Part shown: positions 8,368 through 16,513 of the stretch, piece by piece
Numbering within the stretch: the stretch's first letter is position 1
Layout of the letters: the number at the start of each line of letters is the position of its first letter
Virus record (IMG/VR): IMGVR_UViG_3300017650_000018
Location: 1-39,662 of that record
Reading direction: 5' to 3' (one strand)
From: a virus
Lineage: Duplodnaviria > Caudoviricetes
DNA: 39,662 nt
The notes under the pieces: model-generated
Told to the model about the DNA's origin: nothing
Database searches by the model: none
What the model saw: the letters and a program-made list of their open reading frames with translations, nothing else
Translations under genes and position numbers: made by a program

Positions 8368-8395
8368 AAAAAGCCACCCGGAGGTGGCTATTTAT
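8368..8395. terminator. Intrinsic terminator, likely bidirectional, ending the cI transcript
   Basis: AAAAAGCCACC-CGGA-GGTGGCTATTTAT. Confidence 0.75.
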
Positions 8396-8442
8396 CTATA
8401 CGATAAATCTGAATTCTCTGCAGCCGGCGGCTATTCCGATGT

Positions 8443-8613
8443 TCATTTCTGCAGCAGGTACCCGAGGATGCCGGCCAATATCAGACAGATGAAAGTCAGC
8501 CGACTGTTTATGGCGCGTAGCAGATCATTAGACTGACGACGTGACTCCGCCAAAGAGTCCTCCAGACGTTGCGCACGCTCGTCAGGTGTATAGGAAACTT
8601 CATGATCAAACAT
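8443..8613 (-). CDS. Small C-terminally anchored membrane protein downstream of cI
   Basis: 56 aa: coiled coil plus TM (LTFICLILAGILGYLL); rex-like position; start uncertain. Confidence 0.6.
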   Translation of the reverse strand: MFDHEVSYTPDERAQRLEDSLAESRRQSNDLLRAINSRLTFICLILAGILGYLLQK

Positions 8614-8674
8614 CTGGTCTACCCATACTAGTGGTAGGTTTTTGAAGAAGTCCGGGTTGCGAATTGCGGGCGCT

Positions 8675-9751
8675 CTACGAACGAACCCACTGCCCGGCCT
8701 CATCATCCCGCAGCTTAGCGCCGGCCCACACGACCTGGCCAAGCACCCGTACAGGGGTGCCGTTCTCCAGGGGGATGTCGAAGTACGCCCGGTTGAACGA
8801 GCGCGCCACCCAGCGTCCAGTGAGCTTGTCTCTGGTCACAGTCTTCACCAGCATCTTGCCGTCGTAATTGATGGCATAGACTCCACCACTTGCAACATCC
8901 TGTAGCGTCAGGTTCTCGTTCGGAACGACGAGCAGGGCGGCGCCGTCGCGAATGACCGGTTCCATGCTGTCGCCTTTCGCATAAACCACACGCGCCTTTC
9001 CGTTGTCGGCACCGACCGCCTTCAGGAACGAACGGCGGAACTGGATCATTCCGGTCTGGTCTTCGCTGTGGTTTTCGATGCCGTCGCCCGCGGCCAGACG
9101 CACCTCGGCCAGCTCGGGCACTTTCTCGAATCTATCATTGGCGGCGTGCGGCTCGCCCGGTCCGGCGTTCGCAATGACGCCCGTCTGAGTGCTGATCCGG
9201 ATTTTCGGATTGCGGTCTGCTTCGAATGTCGTCTGGCCCCCTTCCCAGGGTGCCGGCGGCAAGCCTGCTATGCGCATCGGGAAGGGGTCGTCCGCATGAG
9301 CCATATCGACCAAGCCACCGGGCTTGTGAGCCCGTAACGGGATGACCGCGGCGGGCGCCGGCGAGGGAGGTGGCGAGACGTTCAAACCGATCTTAAGTTG
9401 TGCGATGGCAAGCGCGAGAGCACCCTCCAGCGCGGTGAGCTGGCCCTCGGGCAGAGCACGGACATCAGCGGCCGCGATGGTCTTAAACGGCCAATCGCTA
9501 TTGTCAGGTACAGGCGCGGCTGGCGCCTCGACGCCCTCCACGTCGAACCAGCCTTTCATGCCGGGCATGGCCTCGATGGCCCAGATGGTCTTTTCTGTAA
9601 CGGGTCGAATGCCCGAAAGCATCTGACGAACGAATGCCCCGTCCTTGTAGCCGAGTCGGCGTCCAAAGTCGGTCTTGTTCCCTTTCGATACGTGGTCCAC
9701 GGCGGCCGATAAACGGCCCATCCTGAACTCGTTTAGTTCAACCTCATTCAT
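8675..9751 (-). CDS. cI: CI-like repressor (HTH + S24 autopeptidase)
   Basis: N-terminal HTH, AAG Ala-Gly cleavage site, GDSMEP catalytic Ser, VK catalytic Lys; divergent from cro. Start placed at ATG 9751 because upstream lies the operator region. Confidence 0.92.
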   Translation of the reverse strand: MNEVELNEFRMGRLSAAVDHVSKGNKTDFGRRLGYKDGAFVRQMLSGIRPVTEKTIWAIEAMPGMKGWFDVEGVEAPAAPVPDNSDWPFKTIAAADVRALPEGQLTALEGALALAIAQLKIGLNVSPPPSPAPAAVIPLRAHKPGGLVDMAHADDPFPMRIAGLPPAPWEGGQTTFEADRNPKIRISTQTGVIANAGPGEPHAANDRFEKVPELAEVRLAAGDGIENHSEDQTGMIQFRRSFLKAVGADNGKARVVYAKGDSMEPVIRDGAALLVVPNENLTLQDVASGGVYAINYDGKMLVKTVTRDKLTGRWVARSFNRAYFDIPLENGTPVRVLGQVVWAGAKLRDDEAGQWVRS

Positions 9752-9758
9752 GCGCGGG

Positions 9759-9767
9759 ACAGTAGCA
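9759..9767 (-). promoter_or_regulatory. PRM extended -10 element
   Basis: TGcTACTGT ends 7 nt before the cI ATG; no good -35, as expected for a CI-activated PRM. Confidence 0.6.
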
Positions 9768-9813
9768 TGCGCTACGGGTGCATTTGCTACTTGCGAAACG
9801 TAGCAAACGCTAC
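9762..9813. promoter_or_regulatory. OR operators (three 14-bp sites)
   Basis: GTAGCATGCGCTAC 9762-9775, GGTGCATTTGCTAC 9777-9790 and GTAGCAAACGCTAC 9800-9813. Confidence 0.88.
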
Positions 9814-9819
9814 TAGTAT
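9791..9819 (+). promoter_or_regulatory. PR early rightward promoter
   Basis: TTGCGA-17 bp-TAGTAT with an operator in the spacer. Confidence 0.8.
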
Positions 9820-9825
9820 GCGTGT

Positions 9826-10089
9826 ATGGACCTGAACTCATACCTGTCTTCCCCTGGCGCTCTCAGCGTGGCGCAGTTGCGCGCCCGCATGGTGGCGCTC
9901 GGATACGACGTCAAGAACGACGCGCAGATACGACAGTGGCGCAGTCGCTACAAGGGCCGACTGCCTTCGCCGGAAAACTGCATGGGTCTCGAATTGGCAT
10001 CTGGCGGCCTCATGCGTCGCCAAGATCTTCGTCCCGAGGATTACTGGCGCACCTGGCCGGAGTTGGCCGAAGAGGCAAGGCTGGCATGA
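9826..10089 (+). CDS. cro: Cro-like (YdaS/Cro family) regulator
   Basis: 87 aa HTH with RRQDLRPEDYWRTWPEL C-terminus; divergent from cI. Confidence 0.85.
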   Translation: MDLNSYLSSPGALSVAQLRARMVALGYDVKNDAQIRQWRSRYKGRLPSPENCMGLELASGGLMRRQDLRPEDYWRTWPELAEEARLA

Positions 10090-10143
10090 CATCAATGCAC
10101 CGCCTCGGTTTGCGTTCGGCTGTCGCTCGACAGGAGCCACCGC

Positions 10144-10380
10144 ATGCATAGCCTCTACATCCGCTTCGTGCTGTGGCTGATCCGTCCCGCTGTCGAGCGC
10201 GTCGCCGACGAGCGTATCGCCGCGGCAATGCTTCCGGGAGGCGCGGTGTGGCGTACGAATGTTTCGCGACACGAAGGTCTCGCCGCTTCCCAAAGAAAGT
10301 TCTTCGAGAGGGCTATAGGCCAGAGAGGCTCTGCAGCCTGGAAGACAAATTCTCCGAATGATCGTCGAAGGCGGAAATGA
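10144..10380 (+). CDS. Hypothetical phage protein
   Basis: 78 aa with AGGAG SD. Confidence 0.6.
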   Translation: MHSLYIRFVLWLIRPAVERVADERIAAAMLPGGAVWRTNVSRHEGLAASQRKFFERAIGQRGSAAWKTNSPNDRRRRK

Positions 10381-10573
10381 CGTACTCGCCCGACGTTGCA
10401 CTGTTGAGTAGGAACACGCGCGCAGCTTCCGTCGATTGGGCGTGCGCTTGGGCCAAGGCGCGCAATTGATCCATTGGGATGGTTTGGAACATTGCGTCTA
10501 GCAGGGCATGCATGGCGAAAAGTTCGCCTTTCAGTCGGCAGATGTTTTCGGTGACCTGCTGCAAATTTTCCAT
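10313..10573 (-). CDS. Antisense moron, hypothetical 86 aa
   Basis: GGAGGGGG SD before ATG 10573; TAGAAT -10 at 10621-10626 (minus). Confidence 0.7.
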   Translation of the reverse strand: MENLQQVTENICRLKGELFAMHALLDAMFQTIPMDQLRALAQAHAQSTEAARVFLLNSATSGEYVISAFDDHSENLSSRLQSLSGL

Positions 10574-10659
10574 GGTCAGCCCCCTCCGTATTGGGGCGGT
10601 TGTTTTGTGTGAGAGCAAACATTCTAAGGGGCTGACCACCCATCTTCAGGAGGGAGCGC

Positions 10660-10755
10660 ATGGATAGCGCGACGACGCCGGCCCAGCCGGCACCGCAGCC
10701 GGCGGTACCGGCCAGGCAAAGCGACAAGGTCCAGATTGGGCCGCTGGATGTTTGA
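10660..10755 (+). CDS. 31-aa Pro/Ala-rich small ORF (not in ORF track)
   Basis: MDSATTPAQPAPQPAVPARQSDKVQIGPLDV* with strong AGGAGGGAG SD. Confidence 0.45.
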   Translation: MDSATTPAQPAPQPAVPARQSDKVQIGPLDV

Positions 10756-10839
10756 AGTTTGTTCTTCATGTCGCACATCGTAGGGCAGGGGGCTTTACCC
10801 CGAAACCCTGATCGCACCTGGATTCCAAGGTAAGACCTG

Positions 10840-11367
10840 ATGACCCATCGCTACACCCAGATTGACCCGCATGACGCGCTGTACATCAGCGTGCAGAAGA
10901 CGCCCGGGGGCGTCGAGGAACTGGCCGCATTCATGACGAACCGTCGCGGCGTATCGATGCACGCGGAGACGCTGCGCCAGAAGCTACGTAAGGTGAAGGG
11001 CCAATCCATGTCCCTGGACCTGTTCGAACTCGCCACCGAGTGGATGCTCGAGAAGCAGGGCGGGGCGGACTATGCGCGGGATTGGCTGCTGGCCCTGGCG
11101 CTGCGTCACGGCGTGGCGGCCAACATCCTTCCGCCGGCGCCGCATCACGCGAATGAGGTTGACGCCGCCCGCCAGAAAGTCATGGAAATGTCGCACCTCA
11201 ACGGCGAGTTGTCGGCCGTGGCGATCGAGGCATTGGCCGATGGCGCCATTTGTGCGGCTGACGCGTCGGCCATCGTGACCGAATGCCGCAAGATCGTGGA
11301 AAAGGCTCAACGCTTGATGCGCAACGTCCAGCGGGCGGCAGGCGACAAGGCGAGGGCGGGATGCTGA
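10840..11367 (+). CDS. CII-like regulatory protein
   Basis: PGGVEELAA...ETLRQKL HTH and C-terminal ALADGAI motif typical of phage CII (CP76-like) proteins; located downstream of cro. Confidence 0.75.
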   Translation: MTHRYTQIDPHDALYISVQKTPGGVEELAAFMTNRRGVSMHAETLRQKLRKVKGQSMSLDLFELATEWMLEKQGGADYARDWLLALALRHGVAANILPPAPHHANEVDAARQKVMEMSHLNGELSAVAIEALADGAICAADASAIVTECRKIVEKAQRLMRNVQRAAGDKARAGC

Positions 11368-11666
11368 CGCGAGGAGATTCGGGGCGCCCGGCGCGCGCTT
11401 TAAGCACGCCTGCGGCTGGAAAGGGGGCGGCGCTGTCGCGCGCAGCCGCGATGATGTGCAACAGCGCGAATTTCCAGCGGTGGGTTGTCTCCCGCCTGGG
11501 CGCCGCCCCCGAGGGCGTGAGCCCGAGCCAGCTCGCGGCGCAATTCGTTAGGGATGCGTGCGGGATCACCAGCCGCGCCCAGCTGGACCACAACGCCCAG
11601 GCAGCGGCCATGTTCCACGAGGCGGTGCGCAAGCCGTTCGTGAAGTGGAGCGACATCTATGGCTGA
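11361..11666 (+). CDS. Hypothetical phage protein
   Basis: Contains FVRDACGITSRAQLDHN; overlaps its neighbours. Confidence 0.75.
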   Translation: MLTRGDSGRPARALSTPAAGKGAALSRAAAMMCNSANFQRWVVSRLGAAPEGVSPSQLAAQFVRDACGITSRAQLDHNAQAAAMFHEAVRKPFVKWSDIYG

Positions 11667-11964
11667 CTGCCTGCACATGTTCCGGGGCTACCAGGTGCCG
11701 CCTGAGACGGTGGAGCAGGTCCGTCAGGCAATCCTTGATACGCGGGGCCGAGTTGACGTGGCTGCATTGCGGGCCATCGTGCAGCCTGCCATGAAGGCCG
11801 TTGAACCTTGGTCCAGCACGTCTCGGGAAATCGCTGCGGCATGCGCGGTCGATTCGTTCGTTTTCGACGCGGCGCGGGCCGGGTTGGTCAAGCGCCGCGT
11901 GAACGCGTGGAAGCTCCCGGCCTGGTATCGGGTCAAGAAGCAGGCGGGGGCGACATGTCGCTGA
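11659..11964 (+). CDS. Hypothetical phage protein
   Basis: 101 aa with GGAG SD, in operon. Confidence 0.7.
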   Translation: MADCLHMFRGYQVPPETVEQVRQAILDTRGRVDVAALRAIVQPAMKAVEPWSSTSREIAAACAVDSFVFDAARAGLVKRRVNAWKLPAWYRVKKQAGATCR

Positions 11965-12431
11965 AGCGCAAGACGCCCCTCAAGCAGAAGACGCCGCTGA
12001 AGCGTGGCGCGCCGATGATGCGCGCCAAGGCAATGCCTCCGCCGCGGGCCGCCATGAAGGCGCGCAAGAAGGGCAAGAAGCCGCCCAAGACCGTGTATCG
12101 CAATCAGGCGCTGCTGGACCTTGCCAAAGGCGAGGAATGCTTGCTGCGCGTGCCCAGGTACTGCCAGGGCGGCACGGATACCACGGTGGCTTGCCATTCC
12201 AACCTGCTGCGCGACGGCAAGGGGAAGGGAATCAAGGCGCACGACTGGGCCATTGCATTTGGCTGCGGCCCTTGCCACTGGTTCATAGACCAATCACCAG
12301 CACCGCTGGAACAGAAGCTCATTTATTTCATCCCCGGCTTGCGCCTTACGCGCTTGCGAATCATCGCCATGGGCAAATGGCCCGAAGAGGCGGAGCGCGG
12401 GTATCAACTTTCGTATGGAGAACAGTCATGA
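11955..12431 (+). CDS. DUF1364/YbcO-like putative nuclease
   Basis: C..RVP..C...TTVACH...GKGIKAHD...GCGPCH pattern. Confidence 0.8.
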   Translation: MSLKRKTPLKQKTPLKRGAPMMRAKAMPPPRAAMKARKKGKKPPKTVYRNQALLDLAKGEECLLRVPRYCQGGTDTTVACHSNLLRDGKGKGIKAHDWAIAFGCGPCHWFIDQSPAPLEQKLIYFIPGLRLTRLRIIAMGKWPEEAERGYQLSYGEQS

Positions 12432-13279
12432 GCGTTCAGGGCATGACATGGGCGCTTGCGCAGAGGATCGTGAAAGATCCAACGGCGCGCCACGTATTGC
12501 TGTGCCTGGCCAACTACGTCGGGCCGAAGGGGGAGGGTGCGTTTCCCTCTGTGGCGACGTTGGCCGATGACACAGGGCTGTCCGGCCGCACCGTGCAGAA
12601 CAAGCTGCGCGAGCTGGAGGCGATGGACGTCATCAAGCGCGGCAATCAGGATTTGGTGGCGGCCTATATCCGGCGTGCCGATCAGCGGCCGGTTTGCTAC
12701 GACATGGATCTGTCACGGGGTGCATCTGCTTCACCCCGCGTGGAACATTCCGCCGGCCAACAACGGGGCGAACCTCCTGCACCCCGTAATGAGCGGGGTG
12801 AATCTGACGACACGACGGGGTGCAGCTCACGACACGACGGGGTGAATCTGACGACGCCACGGGGTGAACCTGCTGCACCCGATCCGTCATTGAACCGTCA
12901 AGGAACCATCAATAAACCCAAAGGCGCGCGCAAGCGCTCGCCGGGGTTTGACCCGCTGACCGTGGAACTTCCCGTGTGGCTGGACGCGGAACTGTGGGGG
13001 CGCTGGGTGCGCCACCGCGTGCAGCTTCGCAAGCCGCTGACCGAAGAAGCCGCGCGGCAGCAGGTCAGGGACTTGGCGACCTTCCGCCAGCAAGGCCACA
13101 AGCCCGAGGCTGTCATCGAGCACGCCATCGGCAAGAGCTGGCAAGGGCTGTTCGTTCCGAGCAGCGCAGCAGCTGGGGGCGCACCGCGACCCGGCAAGTT
13201 CAACCCGACCGACTACGTGAACCGCAATCGCACCCATGGAGGCCCCGACTATGACGACGGTCGCACAATCGACGAATGA
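12428..13279 (+). CDS. Replication initiator (HTH_36-type N-terminus, O analogue)
   Basis: VLLCLANY...FPSVATLADDTGLSGRTVQNKLRELE; internal iterons; C-terminal WQGLF motif. Confidence 0.88.
   Translation: MSVQGMTWALAQRIVKDPTARHVLLCLANYVGPKGEGAFPSVATLADDTGLSGRTVQNKLRELEAMDVIKRGNQDLVAAYIRRADQRPVCYDMDLSRGASASPRVEHSAGQQRGEPPAPRNERGESDDTTGCSSRHDGVNLTTPRGEPAAPDPSLNRQGTINKPKGARKRSPGFDPLTVELPVWLDAELWGRWVRHRVQLRKPLTEEAARQQVRDLATFRQQGHKPEAVIEHAIGKSWQGLFVPSSAAAGGAPRPGKFNPTDYVNRNRTHGGPDYDDGRTIDE
12716..12881. repeat. Replication origin iterons
   Basis: CGGGGYGMA repeats at 12716, 12764, 12794, 12816, 12838 and 12860 (last four at 22-bp period). Copies at 12716, 12764 and 12860 carry an inverted half. 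Confidence 0.85.
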
Positions 13280-14009
13280 GCGCTGCGGCTGGTCCGTGCC
13301 GCTGGCGAAGCTGGAAGGCATTTCCCTCGTCGACCACCTGTGGAATCGGCTCTCGGGCACGTACGGGGGGCGCTGGGTGAAGGATTTCCCGGACATGCAG
13401 AGCATCGAGAACTGGAAGACGGCATGGGCCGAGGCGCTGGACGATGATCGCGTGACGCCGCAGGAAGTGGCCGAGGGGCTGCGCACCTGCCGCCGCATGT
13501 TCCCCGACTGGCCGCCCGCTGTTGGCGAGTTCATCCGGGCATGCCGTCCGGGCCTGATACCGGAGAATGCCTTTCACGACGCCGTGGCAGGGATGACCGC
13601 GCGCCGCCGTGGGGAAATGGGGCAATGGACCCATCCAGCGGTGTACTGGGCTGCTGTACGCGTTGGATCGCATGACCTCCTGAATTGTGGCTACTCGGTG
13701 ATGCAGTCCAGGTGGGAGCGTGCGCTGTCGGAGGAACTCAGCCGCGGCGAATGGTCAGCCATCCCCACGCCGGCCATCGCGTTGCCAGCTCCGGGGGCAA
13801 CCCATGCTACGCCTGAAGAGGCCGCCAAGGCATTGAAGGCGATGGGGGCGGGCGCAGTCTTGAACGATTCGGGACGTGATCCGCGCCGCTGGGCAAAGCG
13901 CATCCTGGCCGAAGCACAGCGGAAGGGCGAGCGGGTGCCATCTCTGGCGGTGCTGAGCATGGCCCAGGCCGCAGTGGTTGCGCCGCTGGACGCCGGGGGC
14001 GCGGCATGA
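13251..14009 (+). CDS. Replication protein P-like (helicase loader candidate)
   Basis: Follows the initiator; WPPAVGEFIRAC motif; GGAGG SD before ATG 13251. Confidence 0.7.
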   Translation: MTTVAQSTNERCGWSVPLAKLEGISLVDHLWNRLSGTYGGRWVKDFPDMQSIENWKTAWAEALDDDRVTPQEVAEGLRTCRRMFPDWPPAVGEFIRACRPGLIPENAFHDAVAGMTARRRGEMGQWTHPAVYWAAVRVGSHDLLNCGYSVMQSRWERALSEELSRGEWSAIPTPAIALPAPGATHATPEEAAKALKAMGAGAVLNDSGRDPRRWAKRILAEAQRKGERVPSLAVLSMAQAAVVAPLDAGGAA

Positions 14010-14428
14010 GCGCGATGCAACGGAACAAGGGGGCGGCGTTTGAACGCAAGGTGGCGATCCTGCTGACGGAGGCGACCGGAACGACCTGGCGCCGCCGCGT
14101 CCGCAACCAGGCCGGTGACAGCGACGTGGTGGCCGATGAGCCTGCCTTTGCCCATATCAGCATCGAATGCAAGCACGCAAACGTGCTTTCCCTCCCCGCC
14201 TGGTGGCGTCAGACCATGGAGCAGGCGGGTGCGGCGGGTGTGCCGGTGCTGATCTACAGACAGACGGGGGCGCGCGGCGAGGCCGTGATGGTCGACGCGC
14301 ATGACGTGAGCCCCAAGATTTTTCCCGTCCGGGGGCGGCACACCGTCACGCTCGGATGGGAAGCGGCAATGCAATGGATGCGGGAGATGCTGCCCGCGAA
14401 AGTGACTTATTCCCCGGGGATTATCTGA
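14006..14428 (+). CDS. PD-(D/E)xK Holliday junction resolvase-like nuclease
   Basis: KGAAFERKVA...SDVV...IECK motifs. Confidence 0.8.
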   Translation: MSAMQRNKGAAFERKVAILLTEATGTTWRRRVRNQAGDSDVVADEPAFAHISIECKHANVLSLPAWWRQTMEQAGAAGVPVLIYRQTGARGEAVMVDAHDVSPKIFPVRGRHTVTLGWEAAMQWMREMLPAKVTYSPGII

Positions 14429-15075
14429 TGACTACCTTGACACTCTCTCGCGTGCCTTCCACGCCTATCGTTGAAGAGCAGTCGGGCCGGCTGTTCAAAA
14501 CTGCGCATGCCGCGCTGACCTTCGCCTACAACCACACGGATCAGGTGTACGACAAACCCATGATGACGCGTATGGCAGAGACGCTGGCGGGCGCGTCGGG
14601 TAAAGGGTTGGGAGGCACCGACGGTGCGGGACAGGCGGCATACATCTTCAGTGCTCTGGAGAAGCTGCCCCGCCTCTACCGTGCAATTCTCGTTGCGCGC
14701 TTCGCGCCCCGGTCGGATCGCTGCAAGTGCTGCCAGGGCACAGTAGACCGTCATGATTGGCTCGCAGCGGTGCGTGAGATCTCCGACGCGGCGGCGTGCG
14801 ATGCGTTGTCAGCGCACCCTACGCCTCGCGTCCTTCGGGACGCTATCGTGGCGCGCTACTTCGGCAAGGACGTAAAGCTGTCCGAGGCGGCGGAACGCGC
14901 GAACGTCAGCGCGGCGACGGCTACCAATCACAACGGCAAGATCAAGCTGTGGCTCTATGGCACGCGGACAACGAAGCAGAAGGGGGGCGAGCGGGGCGCG
15001 GGTCAGAAGGGCGTCGAAGCGTTGGCGATGGAGTACGCAGCCGACCTGCTGTCTGCAAAGGGGCTGTGCGACTGA
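14428..15075 (+). CDS. Putative late antiterminator/activator (Q position)
   Basis: Last early-right gene, with CxxC and a C-terminal HTH, directly followed by a promoter plus terminator. Confidence 0.65.
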   Translation: MTTLTLSRVPSTPIVEEQSGRLFKTAHAALTFAYNHTDQVYDKPMMTRMAETLAGASGKGLGGTDGAGQAAYIFSALEKLPRLYRAILVARFAPRSDRCKCCQGTVDRHDWLAAVREISDAAACDALSAHPTPRVLRDAIVARYFGKDVKLSEAAERANVSAATATNHNGKIKLWLYGTRTTKQKGGERGAGQKGVEALAMEYAADLLSAKGLCD

Positions 15076-15080
15076 ACTTC

Positions 15081-15109
15081 TTGCAGGGTTAAATTTTCTC
15101 TGCTAAAGT
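15081..15109 (+). promoter_or_regulatory. Late promoter pR'
   Basis: TTGCAG-17 bp-TAAAGT directly after the Q-like gene. Confidence 0.7.
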
Positions 15110-15147
15110 TCGTCCCGTTTAGTCACTTTGAATAAGTGCGTACGCTG

Positions 15148-15186
15148 AAACCCGCCACGCGAAAGCCGGCGGGTTTTGCTTCTTTT
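15148..15186. terminator. tR'-like intrinsic terminator
   Basis: AAACCCGCC/GGCGGGTTT stem followed by a T-rich tail. Confidence 0.8.
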
Positions 15187-15415
15187 ATGCCCGCCTTCGC
15201 TTCTGCGCGGCATCAGCCAACACCAGCAGTGTCTTTAGTCGGGAGTGCGTTGCACAATCCAACCGAGTCCCAGGCCCTTCGGCCGACGTAAGGAAAATAA
15301 GCTCAGCAGATTCGCTGTGGTCGAGACCGACAATCGTCTCGCGACCGTAGGCGTCAATCGTGAGCAGATCGTGAATTACAAAGAACTCGCGATAGTTGTC
15401 CGGAATTTCGAGCAC
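15185..15415 (-). CDS. Hypothetical protein (antisense cassette)
   Basis: 76 aa, GTG start, GGAGG SD. Confidence 0.65.
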   Translation of the reverse strand: MLEIPDNYREFFVIHDLLTIDAYGRETIVGLDHSESAELIFLTSAEGPGTRLDCATHSRLKTLLVLADAAQKRRRA

Positions 15416-15600
15416 GATGACCTGCCTCCAACTCGGTTTAAAGCCGCATGGGGATCACTGACACGCGTGAGGTCAGTTGCCCTCGCATTTATTTCCGTGC
15501 CTGATCTGAGGGCGATTAAGCCCCGCAGGCCCGGATTCTGCTTTGTCACTACTGCAAGATTCGAGCGAGGAGGCCGCGCGCCGTCCTGGGCGGAGGCATC

Positions 15601-15834
15601 CTAGCGGACGGAACTGATCGAGGTCACGTCGAAGGAATCGATAAGCTGCTCGTCTAGTATCGAGGCTTGGCCTTGATCCAAAATGAAAATGGTCACGTCC
15701 GGTCTTTCGTCCGGTGGCAAATCGGCCAACGGCAAGTGTTCGACGCGCATCACTACAGCACCCGACGCGCCGACAAGTTTGCCCACATCAGTACGAACTA
15801 CGCGGCAGATTTTGCCCTCTGACGATTCCTTCAT
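15601..15834 (-). CDS. Hypothetical protein (antisense cassette)
   Basis: 77 aa from ATG 15834 with GGGAG SD. Confidence 0.65.
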   Translation of the reverse strand: MKESSEGKICRVVRTDVGKLVGASGAVVMRVEHLPLADLPPDERPDVTIFILDQGQASILDEQLIDSFDVTSISSVR

Positions 15835-16000
15835 GCCCTTGCTCCCTGGTTTCGCCCGGATGCAGACGATGTCAGAGATAAGGGCAAGTAGTGTGCCTGC
15901 CGAAAGCAGTAGGCCACTCCACATCTTTCTTGCGTCATCGTCGTGCGACCATGGGGAGCTACTGGCTCCCGAGCCTCAGCCGCGCCCGGCTCCAGGCGCT

Positions 16001-16246
16001 TCAATTCAAAGGTGCGAGATCCGGCAGACGGCATTCAACCGCGAGGATGGCGGTTCCGTCTGGCAATCGGTAATTATTATCACCGAGCCACGTGATGGGC
16101 TGACCGTCGCGCAAGCAGTAGTAGTAATTCGCCCACGCCCCATCGTTGTTGGGAGCTGCCCTGTGGCGGCGTTGGATTATGTATGTAACCCCGTTGGGGT
16201 CCACTGCGACTAGCTCAGTGGTGCTTTTGGTGTGGTCAAGTGGCAT
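16001..16246 (-). CDS. Hypothetical protein (antisense cassette)
   Basis: 81 aa from ATG 16246 with GGAG SD; beta-rich composition. Confidence 0.65.
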   Translation of the reverse strand: MPLDHTKSTTELVAVDPNGVTYIIQRRHRAAPNNDGAWANYYYCLRDGQPITWLGDNNYRLPDGTAILAVECRLPDLAPLN

Positions 16247-16321
16247 GACTCGGACTCCGATCAAACCGTAGTGCTCACCTCGTATGCTTCCGCCGTGACC
16301 ATCCACTGGCTGAGCTGCGCA

Positions 16322-16513
16322 CTAACCTGCATAGTGATAGTTGTCTGGGGCCCAAGGGTCGTCAATCACAATGGTCGCATTCTCGGGCGATACGAAGGAC
16401 TGAGTGGTGCGGGATGGCTTTAGGACCGGTAGTTCGGCTCCCTTCGGCGAAAAACGTCCCTCGGCTATTTGGTGCAAACTTGCGACGAGTTGATTGATAA
16501 AGGGGAAAGGCAT
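16322..16513 (-). CDS. Hypothetical protein (antisense cassette)
   Basis: 63 aa with AGGA SD. Confidence 0.45.
   Translation of the reverse strand: MPFPFINQLVASLHQIAEGRFSPKGAELPVLKPSRTTQSFVSPENATIVIDDPWAPDNYHYAG

Noticed and set aside
9752-9841. ORF-track N-terminal extension of cI (likewise for xis, 7609-8157, 12137, 21394, 26003 and 38839)
   Set aside because: The extensions cross operators or other genes; SDs and family N-termini support the downstream starts.
10086-10151. 21-aa ORF coupled to the cro stop (MTSMHRLGL...)
   Set aside because: No clear SD or distinctive composition; insufficient support.
12716-12881. CRISPR-like mini-array
   Set aside because: Repeats are short, in-frame within the initiator gene and have no unique spacers; no cas genes. 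They are iterons.
15245-16213. Plus-strand ORFs 15245-15604 and 15683-16213
   Set aside because: They overlap minus-strand ORFs that have better SDs and more protein-like composition.
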